Part shown: one piece after another, positions 1 through 11,495 of the stretch | Layout of the letters: each line of letters opens with the position of its first letter | Numbering within the stretch: the first letter of the stretch is position 1 | From: Podarcis vaucheri | Taxonomy: Eukaryota | Length of the DNA stretch: 64,000 nucleotides | Reading direction: 5' to 3' (one strand) | Assembly: GCA_965113315.1 (NCBI GenBank) | Contig: OZ220374.1 | The notes under the pieces: model-generated | Told to the model about the DNA's origin: nothing | The model's database searches: none | What the model saw: the letters and a program-made list of their open reading frames with translations, nothing else | Translations under genes and position numbers: made by a program

Positions 1-935
1 CAGTAAAGAGGTTTATTCTTTCATTTGGATATTAACAGGTTGGTACCAGGCCTATCAAGATTTGCCACCTGGAGCTCATCAGAGAAGCAGCTGTTGTAAC
101 CCAGGAGGAGAAGGAAGTGAAATTTATGCCAAGAGCAGAATACACCTGGTCTCCTTCCGAACAGGCTGCCAGAACAGCACGTTAAACACCCCATTTTCCT
201 TCATGGCCATTGACTAGACACAGGTAACTCTTTGCAAAGCATCTAAAGACGGGCTAAGCAGCTCAGATGCTTTCAAGATAACACTCTGGGATCGCTTTGG
301 GGGCATTGAAAAGATAATTCTGAGGGCTGTAAAGGGATCTTTTGAGAATGTCTTTTAATAATGTAAGAATGGGAGGTAGGGTTTCCATTGAATGACAGAT
401 GGGATGAATCGAACAGAGGAACAATGGCGCTATTGACACACGGTTGCTACTTGATAACCCTTTCAGCCTCTCCTGGGTTTTCCCTTGACCTGGGACAGGG
501 GATGCCCCAGATGGGGATGCTCTCCTCTTGGGGCACCTTGAGTGGGAGAGCTTGAAGAGAGATTCATTAGAGAGTGACTGAATTACATACTTTTCCAAAA
601 TCCATCAAAAAGTTAAGCGTTCAGGAGAGCAAACAGCTTGACCAACTTCCTATCCAAGAGTGCTGGAAAACTTAGCTTCAAAAAATGTTGAACTATCACC
701 CAGAGAGCAGAGGGTAACAATAACACCCAGAAAACACATTTAGGTGACAAATTATGTCTTTTTCTCATACTCCCTCATCCTATAAATTTTGCAAAACTGT
801 AGGGTTCCCCCACAATGAAGTCAGTTGCCATTTCCTTCTCCAGATATATACTTCTGAAGGCTCAGTTGCTAGGTACAAATTAGGAGCAGTCTAGCCAATG
901 GAAACCAACTGAAGAGTACAGATGAGGTTTCTATC

Positions 936-1195
936 AGAGGTGGGGAACCTCAGGACCAAGGAGCAAATGCAAGCTTCCTGGCCTTTCTGTCTGGTCCTTT
1001 GAACTCTCCCTGGGCCACAACCCCTAGCCAGTCTTGCTCAGTAGAAACCTCTGACTGAAATGCAACCTACCCTACAGAAGGAAGAGTTACACCTGTTGCT
1101 CCATCCACTTTTGCCTCGGGGCCCCACCCACCATTGGCAGGTGACCTCCAGAAGGGAATGCAGATCTCAAGTTGGAAAATGTCATGTGCTCCCCA
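936..1195. mobile_element. Degenerate hAT-Charlie-like MITE
   Basis: Starts cagaggtggggaacc and ends ...ctccccac, the terminal pattern of squamate hAT MITEs. Confidence 0.4.
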
Positions 1196-1452
1196 CGCTC
1201 AATTATATGGTTATAGTTCTTTGGCTGAATGTTTGAAACATGATGTCTGCATCTAGTCTTCTCTCCTTTGATTCTTCATTGATGAAAGTAAAGATGCTTC
1301 ACCTAGTTTCCTCAGCTGTAGTCTGTAGTCTGTGTAAACTAATCGCTGGAAAACGGTTCTAGCATTTCTAATTTCTTGTTGGCTAAATCTGTTCTTTGTT
1401 ATCTGGATTATCCTAAGCAGGTGGAACAAAACCACATGACTATTTAATTGGG

Positions 1453-1657
1453 AAATTCCTTCCAGTAGCACCTTAAAGACCAACTAAGTTAGTTCTTGGT
1501 ATGAGCTTTCGTGTGCATGCACACGAAGAAGAAGTGAAGAAGTGTGCATGCACACGAAAGCTCATACCAAGAACTAACTTAGTTGGTCTTTAAGGTGCTA
1601 CTGGAAGGAATTTTTTTATTTTGACTATGGCAGACCAACACGGCTACCTATCTGTAA
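1453..1657 (+). mobile_element. Penelope-like element 3' terminal fragment with inverted 5' duplication
   Basis: Perfect 72 bp inverted repeat (1453-1524 / 1542-1613), followed by ...ggcagaccaacacggctacc. It is flanked by the 12 bp direct repeat ATTTAATTGGGA (1442-1453, 1657-1668). Inverted partial pLTRs and a hammerhead-like core are typical of Penelope-like elements. The family assignment is from recall. Confidence 0.7.
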
Positions 1658-1995
1658 TTTAATTGGGAGTTTGATTTCTATCTAAAAGGAAGATATTTTA
1701 ATTTGGGGTAGGGGGTTCCCATTGAGAGGGGGTTAAAATAACTAGCCCTTCCCGTGTAGACATGAGAACAAGAAATATAGATTAGATGCCATTTTCTATT
1801 TCAGCAATTTTTATACCGGTAGATAGACAGACAGACAGACAGAAGTGGTGTGCAGCAAACTAGAAAAACAGAAAAATGTTACAAAAACACACAATAAAAC
1901 CATTAATACAAACCAATAATAAATAAACACAGATACAAATGCCTTCTTCTGACACAATTCACCACTCAGCATGCCTCAGCTTCCACCCATCTACC

Positions 1996-2285
1996 CAGTG
2001 GCGTAGTGTGGGGGGTGCCAGGGGTGCCGGCCGCACCGGGCGCAACATTTGGGGGGGGCGCGTTTGGCCGGCCCTCCTCGAGGAAGCAGGAACCCCACTG
2101 TCCTCGGACCTCCTCCGAAGGCTGGCGGTGGGGCGGAGAGACCTCCTCCCACCGCCAGCTTTCGGATGGCTGCTCCGAAGCCTGGCGGTGGGGCGGAGAG
2201 ACCTTCTCCCCGCGCCAGCCTTCGGGTTAGGGGGCGCAAATTACTTGCCTTGCCCCGGGTGCTGAGAACCCACGCTACGCCACTG
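1996..2285. mobile_element. hAT-superfamily non-autonomous DNA transposon (MITE)
   Basis: TIRs CAGTGGCGTAGtGTGGG / CCCACGCTACGCCACTG. Perfect 8 bp TSD CATCTACC at 1988-1995 and 2286-2293. Internal ~60 bp tandem duplication. Confidence 0.9.
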
Positions 2286-4592
2286 CATCTACCATGGCTC
2301 TTACCCAAGGTCCAAACAAACTCACAGATCAACCCCCAAATCTCACAACAAATAGGGTTCCTTGAACCTGCTGGCTGACATCACCCTAGTCTCTCACTCT
2401 AGGGTTTCTGGGCAGGCACCCAGGTCTGATAGAACTAACTCAGGCTGCCCACTGCTGTGTCCCATTCAGCATTCAAATCAGCTGCACTGTACACACCCAT
2501 TTTCAGACAACAATAGGTTTAGTTAGTTTTCGGGGGGTCCCAAGGATGGCATACCTGTGATCCGTTTCACTGCATTCGTGATTATTACTGCAGGAGTGTA
2601 CACCTTAGAAGTGACACAATCCAGTGAGATGTCCTTGTTGCTCAGATTGGTGTGCTTTTGAAACACACTTGGATACTTGAACCAAACTGCTGCATGGAGA
2701 AAAAGGGGGCATTGCTTTGTGTGTGTTTGTTTCCATTCCCATCTCTTGGGGGGGGGCTAGCTGCTCTTCAACCATGCTAGGCGCATTAATCTGAGAATAA
2801 ATACACTCCGGCACATGTACACACACTTGAACAGTTTGTGAACTGCACAGTCCCTCACGCTTGAAGTGGAATGTAAAATTGCATTAATGACTTGAACCTG
2901 GGAATTGTGAGTATTCTGAAGACTACTTGTTAGGCAGCTGTGAGGGCCTTTATGTGCCATGTAACCTTTTCTCCCTCTAAAATGCTATTATTATGTTAGC
3001 ACAGCTCTTAAAAACAGCTCCTTGCAGCTGACATGCACTGTCCATTTTTAACAGAATAAAACATGTTGCTCTATCTTTGACTGTGCACTTATGGCGAAAT
3101 TATGAGCTCTTATGGCTTATTCCACGTGGCTTTTATGCTGCTCTCCAGAAACCACTTTTGGCCTGTGAAAACATCCCCTCTCTCCAATTCATAATCTCTT
3201 AGATGAACATCTAACTACATTAACTCCTAAAGAATACGGCTATAAAATCACCACATTACTCTGGCTCTTAGGTAGCTCATCCATCACTATCGTTTTTTGC
3301 TACATCTCTCAAGAAACAATCCAGCGGCATGAAATTTTGATTTTCAAAACATGGTCTCCCTTTTTTAAAAAAAATGCTCCCATTTTGTGACACTGTACAC
3401 AATGCAGCTCAAAAATAAGTATAATCAAAAGTAATATGTGAGCACCTTAGAAAATATTATTACCAATATTTACAGACATGTATTGTGTGATATCCAACAC
3501 CTTGATCAGCAATTAGTCTTGCCAATTGGCTACTTTGACAAAAAAAGTGGGAGGGGTGCTGATTTGGTCCATGGTATGCTGGTTACTGACCCCTACCTCA
3601 ATTTTATGTGAATAGAAAAATAAACCAAACCCTTATTGATAGGAACCCGAGGAGCTATCTCATACCAGGTCAAACTCTTTGGTATCTACTCTGATTGTCT
3701 AACCAACATTGCACCCTCCAGGTGTTGATGGACTGCAACTCCCATCGTCCCTAACCACAGACCATGCTGGCTGGAGTTGATGGGAGTTAGGAGTCCAACA
3801 ACATCTAGAGGACACCATTTTGGCTACCCTGGGTGTACTCTGATTGGCGTAGCCATCCAGGGCCCAAGGCAGAGGCAGAGGTATTTCCCATCAAAGGTTC
3901 CCTCATCCTTTTAACTAGACTTTCTGCATGCAAAATATGCTTTGCCACCGAGTCAAGGTCCCTTCCCAAAACTTCCCTTCCATTTCTCCTTTATAGACAC
4001 AATAGCAACTGTTTGTAGCCACTTCAGTGCATATTCATTTTCCTTTGCTCCAGTAAAGCTTGTATTGTGCGTTCATGTTTAGGGAAAGGTCAAATATTTT
4101 TGTGGCTGCCTACACAATACTAGTGCTGCTTAATACATTTATCTGTGCCCCACACTACACTATATTAGACACATAATGCAATCCAGCAGGAGGGTTGCAC
4201 TCTACTGAGACACAGAGCAGAAAATCAGTAGTCAGTAACTGAGTGCCAAACCACACGTGATGGAGAAAATCATATGAAAAGCCCCAGCAGTCTCAAGTTG
4301 CATCCAGGTCTTCATCAGAGAAAATGAGAATCCAAAAACATGCAAGTCTGAAATGGTTCAGTAGCCTGCATTTCCAAGTTCCCTTCAAAGGTCAGGTAAC
4401 TGAATACTTTCAGGCTTGCTTGCTTTGGGATCCAAATCTTTCTCTGTTTATAGGATGGATGCAGCTTGAAGTGGTCTGGGTATTTTTGTATCGTTCTCTG
4501 AAACTGTGTTACTGAATGTTGATGTTAGACTAGGCTGAGGGTCAAATCTAAAAGTTACATGCATTGTTTCCCTCCACCACCACAGTGGTGAG

Positions 4593-4593
<1 letters not shown>

Positions 4594-4642
<49 letters not shown>
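4594..4642. repeat. (GT)n microsatellite
   Basis: Directly visible. Confidence 0.95.
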
Positions 4643-4646
<4 letters not shown>

Positions 4647-4647
<1 letters not shown>

Positions 4648-4781
4648 AGCCTTTCCCAACCCTGGGTTCCTAGATGTGGTTAGACTACAAGTCCCATCAT
4701 CCCTGACCACTGGGTCCCGCTAGCTAGGGATGATGGGATTTGTAATCCAACAATATCTGGGACCCAGGGTTAAGAAAGGCT
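4647..4781. mobile_element. Palindromic hAT-like MITE (squamate 'ggactacaactcccatc' family)
   Basis: Ends cagcctttcccaaccctggg...cccagggttaagaaaggctg, with near-TSD gtgtagag/gtctagag. Related copies lie at about 3700-3830, 9590-9690, 11777-11910, 11935-12010, 22915-23050 and 26030-26150. Confidence 0.7.
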
Positions 4782-6582
4782 GGTCTAGAGCATGGCTAAC
4801 TAGTCTGTGACCCTTCAGTTGTCAGACTCCAACTGTCATCAATCCTCACAGTACTGGATTTCCTAATAGGCAATCTCAACACATCATTAGGGCACCAGCA
4901 AAGCAGGGTCACAAAAAAGAGAGGTCTTTTTCTTTTAATAATTTGTCATTCGCTATTTAAAAAAAAAAAAATCATGTGGAAAATCAGGCCTTTGTTAGAC
5001 TCTTCCCCCATTTTTCTGTTCTTTCTATTACTTTTCCCCACCTAAACTAGGGGGCATCCAACTAATGCAGATCAAAGTAATGCAAGGAAATAAGATCCTG
5101 TTGGGTGTTGCAACAAATCTATGTTTTTAGTTTTTTTAAAAAAAAGTTTTATTTTACATTTTATTTATTTAGTATTGTTTTTATTTTGAATTACATGGGG
5201 GGCACCACAACCTTTTCTGTGCTTAGGGCCTCTAAAGGTCTGGATCTGGTCCTGATCTCTGATCTGGCTGGAAGCTATGAGGGTTGTAATCCAGCATTAA
5301 TGCTGAGCCTGCCAAGTGAAATGCTGCAGCTTATACTAGATATGTGGCACACAATAGAAAAGTTTAGAGGTACATCCTGAGCTTAAAACATGGGAATTGG
5401 ACCTAAAATAACATATCTGTCAACAGCAGCACACAAACTTTCCCAGGCAGAGTCAATGACTTGTGTGTTTGTTGATGGATGATTTGGGCCAAAGTTTATG
5501 GGCAACTGGATTTTAAAACAGAGCCAATTTTTTGGTACTAATTTACTTAAAACTGGGCATTTCAAATGGCATTACATTCCACTGTAAACATTCCCACACA
5601 GTGGCCTCAATGGTCTTTAATCGGCTTTGTAACTGGAGAGGTACAAGTTCTTTGAAGCCAACTACTGTCAGCCTTCCATCTTTTATCAGTAGTAATTACC
5701 CATTTACTATAGTTCAAACTTCTCTTTTGATAACATTGAAACAGTTATTTACAAAGAAGATTTAGGGTTAAATAATTGTTAGACATGCACATGTAGAATT
5801 TTGTGTGTGCGTGCTGGGCAGAGAAAGAATGTATTGAATGCTCTTTCCTGCAGCCAAAATCCTTAGCAGAGCTCAGTCTGCCCTTTCCTGTCTTCCTTCT
5901 AACTCTAAGCAGGCCTGAGGCTCCCCACTGGCTCCCCAACCCTGTCTGCCTGCCTAAAATAAGGATGTAAGAAAAGCCCTGCTGGATCAACTAAGGACTG
6001 GACTTAACCGTCCAGGGGGTCGTTTACCTTTTACCTGATCTATGTCACAAAATGACAAACTGTGGGAAGTCCACAGGCAAGGCAGAAAGGCTCCTGGCTC
6101 CTGTTGCTGCTTCTCAACAACTGGTATTCAGTGATATACTGCCTCCAGAGATAGTGGTTCCATAGAGCATTATGACCATTATTCCTCTAATATGGGGCAT
6201 AGGTAGTCCCTTGCCAAACAGTTTGGAAACATAATGGGGCCAACACCAAAAATGTGACAATGTTACCACATGTTTGGTGAGCTCTCCAGACCTGCAAATT
6301 TTTTTATCTTAGTTAAAAGAAATAGAAACTTTCAAAAACACAGTGCGTGTAGCATGGTGAACAAAAGTTCCAAGAGAATGGAAAAGGGGGGAATGATCTT
6401 ATTTCCTATATGGCTTCCTGAATCTTGTTCCCTGCTCTGAACCCCAAAATCTGCTAAATGTACCCTGTTCCAGCATTATTAAACTCCCATTCCTTTAACA
6501 GCACGGTCCATGTTTATTCTGAAATGTGTCTCACCAAATTCAGTGGGTTTACTCCCAAATATAGGATTGTATCCTTAATCAT

Positions 6583-6583
6583 T

Positions 6584-6621
<38 letters not shown>

Positions 6622-7165
6622 GGCATTCATCTGTCGCTGGAGACAACGGAGGAGTTCGCCTTTTGGGGTGAGGTCAAGCTGTTGGAAAGTTGCAGTGCCT
6701 GCTGTGGCTGTAGAAACCGAAAGCACATCAAAGTGCAAGTAGATAAATAGGTACCGCTCCAGTGGGAAGGTAAATGGCGTTTCCATGTGCTGCTCTGGTT
6801 CACCAGAAGCGGCTTAATCATGCTGGCCACATGACCTGGAAGCTATACGTTGGCTCCCTCAGCCAATAAAGCAAGATGAGTGCCGCAACCCCAGAGTCGG
6901 CCACAACTGGACCTAATGGTCAGGGGTCCCTTTACCTTTACCTTTTACTTTGTAACACAGAGTTGATCTGTCAACAGGCCTGGTGCCTGAAGCCAGCTCC
7001 CCATAGAGAACGTCCTTGAGGGTCTTTCATTTACTATTCTGCGGACATAACCAAGCCAGCATACGTGTCACTGAGACACAGAAGTGCAAACATGCTGGGA
7101 ATGTCGGCTTGGGAGAGCACATCTTTATTTCAGAATCTGTCCTGACATGTGATGCTCAGAATTGT
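6583..7165 (-). mobile_element. RTE-clade LINE 3' end (interrupted by a Sauria SINE)
   Basis: The minus strand encodes LSQADIPSMFALL...LKDVLYGELASGTRPVDRSTLCYK (~7110-6948) and GFYSHSRHC (~6720-6690), which are RTE ORF C-terminal motifs. It ends in an (AAC)n tail at 6583-6622. Confidence 0.75.
6721..6947 (+). mobile_element. Sauria SINE (5'-truncated)
   Basis: gtgcaagtagataaataggtaccgct...ggccacatgacc...ggacctaatggtcaggggtccc followed by an (ACCTTT)n tail. A smaller 3' fragment lies at about 5995-6035. Confidence 0.85.
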
Positions 7166-8535
7166 AGGATGCCCACAATTCACAGGATCACGTTAAATGA
7201 ATTTGCCAACTGTTGTCGGAAGTGGAGTGGAATAGTTCCAGAACAGACTTCTGGCATCTGCTTTCCTTTTATTCCTTTCTTTTTATTCGCTCTCCAAAAT
7301 CCAGAAGCCTAAACCAGATGCAAAATAGTGGAGAGGTGGGGAAAATACTCTTAGAATGAGGAGCAAGTTGCCTCGGAGCGCATGCACAGTCCAGGAATTT
7401 GTTTTCGGTTCCAGAACTCAGCTCACTGCTCTCCCACACAATAAATCCACTCCAGGTTTCCCCCCTAAGCTGAAGCTCCCTTCGCCTTCGCAGCCTAATT
7501 GGAAGCTTTCTGTTGCTGCTGTTGTTAAGCAGCGGGAAGCCAAGATCTTTGCTGCTCTGCTGCAAAGCACTCTGCTATCTACCAGTAGATCCCCATCTGC
7601 CAGCTCTGTAAGGAGGTCGTTAAAATGTGTGAAATCGAGTGATTTTACGATTAGACTGGAAATAGCAACAGAGCAGTATTTCCCCAGCTCACACCCAATG
7701 CTTCCCTTCCCCCCCCCACACACACACCCGCATTCTGAGCGCCTCTGAATATTTGGAATTCTAGGTGGAAACCGGCCAGAAAAAACCTGAGCTCCGCTCT
7801 TTTGGAACGGGAAGCCATACTCCGGCAGACTCAATCAAAATGTATGGATTTCATTTGCATGCTGCCCTTTGCACGAGTCGCAGGGCGGTTTGCAACAAAA
7901 TAAAATATAAGAGAAACAGAAGACCTGAAAAGTTATAAAACAACACAATCGCTTTAAAAAAAAACGACAGCACAACTCATAACAAACCACTGAACAGCAA
8001 AGAGCAATGGAACTCAGTTTAATTTATTTTTTCCGATCTTAGAAGAGGACTTTCAGCTGCCCGGAAGGGTTAATGGGAATTGCATGGTTTTTCGAGGGGG
8101 GGGGAGGAGGCGTGGAGGCTGCCGAGCCTTTTCATCTCTTGAGTGCCATGCTCCCCTCTGACAGTCCCCTGGCGCATCAATTATCACCGGGCCCTTTATT
8201 TAAATGATGTAGCAGGAATGTCCTAGCACCATACACGCACACCATGAATGTACTTTGTTGTAATTCACTTGTACGTCTGGGGGCACCACAAGGGGTGACG
8301 TTTATTTTACTGCCAAATAATTGTTATTTCAGCTGTAGACCTATGAAGGTTTTTTTTTTTGGGGGGGGGGTCACATTACCAGCAGTTCGTTAGATTAATT
8401 ACAGGTGTGTGATGCCATATACACCCTGCAGCGCATTCCCTTTCATTTTCCTAAAGGTGGGGAGGGGGGGCCTGGGGGGGCACTCTGAAACAACCTCAGG
8501 CTGGGATGGAGCTCAGTTATTAGGTACAGTTCAGG

Positions 8536-8735
8536 NNNNNNNNNNNNNNNNNNNNNNNNNNNNNNNNNNNNNNNNNNNNNNNNNNNNNNNNNNNNNNNNN
8601 NNNNNNNNNNNNNNNNNNNNNNNNNNNNNNNNNNNNNNNNNNNNNNNNNNNNNNNNNNNNNNNNNNNNNNNNNNNNNNNNNNNNNNNNNNNNNNNNNNNN
8701 NNNNNNNNNNNNNNNNNNNNNNNNNNNNNNNNNNN
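8536..8735. other. Assembly gap (N run); further gaps at 12368-12515 and 47161-47314
   Basis: Runs of N. Confidence 1.
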
Positions 8736-8844
8736 TTAGAAGAGAAGTTTGCCACTGGTTTGCCAAGTTCCCTTCCCAAGAGAAGATTTTCCATGGGGAA
8801 TAAATGAGTGGAAGAAACCCACCAATTGCTGCACTCAGATCACA

Positions 8845-8930
8845 GCTCCCCTGTATTAATCTACCAGTTGGGTTCTTAGCACAGTTCAAAGTGTCAGTGC
8901 TCACCTATAAAGCCCTGAACAGCTTGTCTG
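8845..8930 (+). mobile_element. L2 (CR1-group) LINE fragment
   Basis: Translates as LPVGFLAQFKVSVLTYKALNSL, resembling the LHWLPV..R..FKVL.LTYKAL motif of L2 ORF2. Confidence 0.55.
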
Positions 8931-9699
8931 CTGGAACCTTCCCACCAAACATAGGTGATGAATAGAGAGTACCTTTTCAGTCATAATGATATGGCCGACC
9001 CAAGTGAGGATCTCCTGGGACCAACTTTGGCATTATTCTGGCATCAGGCAGATATTTCCACAGTTGTTTCACAATTAGCTCACTGTATAATATTTTTATC
9101 TGCTTTGCTGAAGTTTTGCACCATTCTTCTCCCCCTCTGCTACTGACCATGGCGTCTATGTTCTACCTCCATTGTAGAAGCAATCTGCTTCTAAATACCA
9201 GCAAATACCAGTAAGTGGTGGGAGCTGGGAGGAGAGAGCAATTGATAGCCTTGTCCTCCATGAATTTGTCTGATCCTCTTTTTGCAAAAGGCAGAACCCA
9301 AAGCAACTGAATCCAGTGACAATTTCACTATTTTAGTTGCGGTGTCAATTGCTCCTAGAACTCCACTACATTTTATATTCTCCAGGTATCCAGATTTTAG
9401 CTGCATATCATTTTTAACAAGCCTTAGAAATGTGTTCAGTGCGTCCTTCCCCTTTCCCTGCAAAACGGAATATTCTCCTGGAAGAGGGAAGTTGTTCAAA
9501 GAGAATTATTAGGCCAGGGATGAAGAACTTTGGCCTTGCAGAGGTCTTTGTTCTCAAACTGCTATTAGCCTCAGGGTGATGCTCTCTAGGCTCCCGTTCC
9601 CTGAATATACCAAGTGGAGGACATCCAGGTGTTTTGGACTCCCATCAGCTCCACCCTGCATGGACAATGTAGTCCGAAACGACTGGGGGGCACTTGAGG

Positions 9700-11290
9700 T
9701 GGTGTAACCCCTGCCGCAGACCTTATTCGCCTATGTACTTTCAGTTCAGCTCTTTCGCCTGCGGAGGAAAACGGGTCAGCCTCGGAAAGAGGTTTGGTCC
9801 CTTGAAAGGGAAAGTGAGAGAGGTGCGTGCGATCCACACCCTGGCGATGCGACCGTATCCCCCGACCCTTGCCCCAAGTCGATACGTGGGATTAGGCTAC
9901 GGTTCATACAGAGCAGGGAAAGCACTCAGTACGTTGCCAGAGGCGCTCTTTCCATTACGGCTTGCCTGCGTGTCCTGAGACGGAATAGACCAGAGGTCCC
10001 GAGGCCGAGGAACCCTGGAACTGATCGATGTCAGGAGGGGAGAGGGGGGAAGTGGGGAGGGAGCGAGGGAAGGCTTAGGGACACCAGCCACGCTTTGCAG
10101 CCAGCGCAGCGGCTTGTTCGCGTCAGCTGAGATGCTCGTTAAAAACTCGCCGGAGCTGGCACGAATCCAAGAGGATCGGGAGAGGGCGGGAGCAGCAGCA
10201 GCGACGTGCCACAGGGCTGTTTTTCTGCGGGTGCCAGGGAAGGCGAGAGGCGTCCGGAAAGGGTTAACTGGCCGCCAGAGCTCTGGGGGGAGCGGGAGGG
10301 AGGGAGGGAGTGGGGCCGGCTGCTCTTTCCCCGGAGCGTTCAGCCGCTGGCGCGGTGCCAGCCCTGGCGCAGCCCCGGGAAGCAGCCTGCGCGCTGCTCC
10401 TCTTCTGCAAGCTGCGCAGCCGGGGAGAGAGAGAGACAGAGACGCAGGCAAGGAGCGAGGACCAGCGGCGTCGTCTTGCTTGCTTTCTCCTGCATCTCGG
10501 CGGCGTCGGATCTTTCTCGCCTGGCGCGCGTCGGCTGCCCCGCTTCCTGGCTCGACGGCAGCGAGCCGCCTGGCCCTCGCCCATCCTTTCTGCCCACGGA
10601 AAAAGGAGGCCGCGTCGGCCGCGCAGGGGGAATTCACCCGCCGGGTCCCGGCAGCCGAGCTTGCGCTCAGAACCGACCGGGAGGTGTCGGGGCCGGAGAG
10701 GGTGGCAGGGGGTGTCGAGCTGCCGTCGGGGCCGCGGAGATCTGGGCTGGGTTGGGGGCGCAGGGCTGGTGCACCAAGCGCGTCCCCGGGAGGAGCAGCT
10801 GGCTGGCCGTGCTGTGTGGCTCCTTCTGCGGCTGGTTCTGCAGCCTGCTTCTCGCTGGGGCAGACAGCCATCCTGCCCCAGCTTAAGCAAGACCCACGGC
10901 TCTCAGAAGGACTTCCTCGCGAGCCCGATGCCAGCGTTGGTCTGGACTTGTTGCGGATGCTGCCGAGGACCAGTCGTTGGAAGAGGGCTCGGGGCTGCTT
11001 CGGTGTTCCCCACAGGCACCCAGGACTGAAAACAGGATGCTGCACCAGCTTTTCTTAGCTTCGCGTCCTCGTCGACGATGCCTCCACAAGACTCAGCTCC
11101 GCGATTCGTTTCCTGGACGTGCCTCCTGACCTCGGCTTACCTGCTTGCGGACGGAGGGACGCGCTTCTCCATAGCCCACTAATGCCGATCCCCGTCTATA
11201 CCCCGCGGGCACCCGTCCGAAATCGGTGGCAAGCTCGCTAGGTGGACGGTGGAGGCTGCGTCGGAACCTTGGCCGGGGCGCGATATTTAT
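9700..11290. promoter_or_regulatory. CpG island
   Basis: High GC and CpG density. Both strands are open for more than 300 codons with R/A/G/P/S-biased translations. Confidence 0.6.
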
Positions 11291-11495
11291 CCTTTATTTG
11301 TTGCGCCTATATCCCACCTTTTCTTGCAAGTTGCTCAAGGGGCCGTGCATTTAATCCTCACGACAACGCTGTGAGATAGGAGAGCGAGAGAGAGGCCATG
11401 ACTAGCCCAAAGCGAGTTTCCTGGCCCCGTGGGGATCCGGACCCTGGGTCTCCCAGGTCCTAATTCGAGACACTAACCACTACACCACGCCGGAG
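11290..11495 (-). mobile_element. tRNA-derived MIR-like squamate SINE
   Basis: aatcctcacgacaacgctgtgagatagg...ggtctcccagg...ctaaccactacacca (reverse of a tRNA-like head plus CORE-like segment). Similar remnants lie at about 22045-22200 and 27775-27905. Confidence 0.6.

Noticed and set aside
30-720. Minus-strand peptides (SMETLPPILTLLKDILK; frameshifted DPFTALRIIF...NGVFNVLFWQPVRKE) faintly resembling my recollection of bornavirus L protein, i.e. a possible endogenous viral element or pseudogene
   Set aside because: The similarity is short and from memory, needs a frameshift and a stop, and motif spacing is inconsistent. BLASTX/HHpred of 1-720 plus the upstream window against Mononegavirales L would settle it.
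8409-8904. ORFs spanning N-runs (also 12315-12662 and 46915-47584)
   Set aside because: These are artefacts of assembly gaps.
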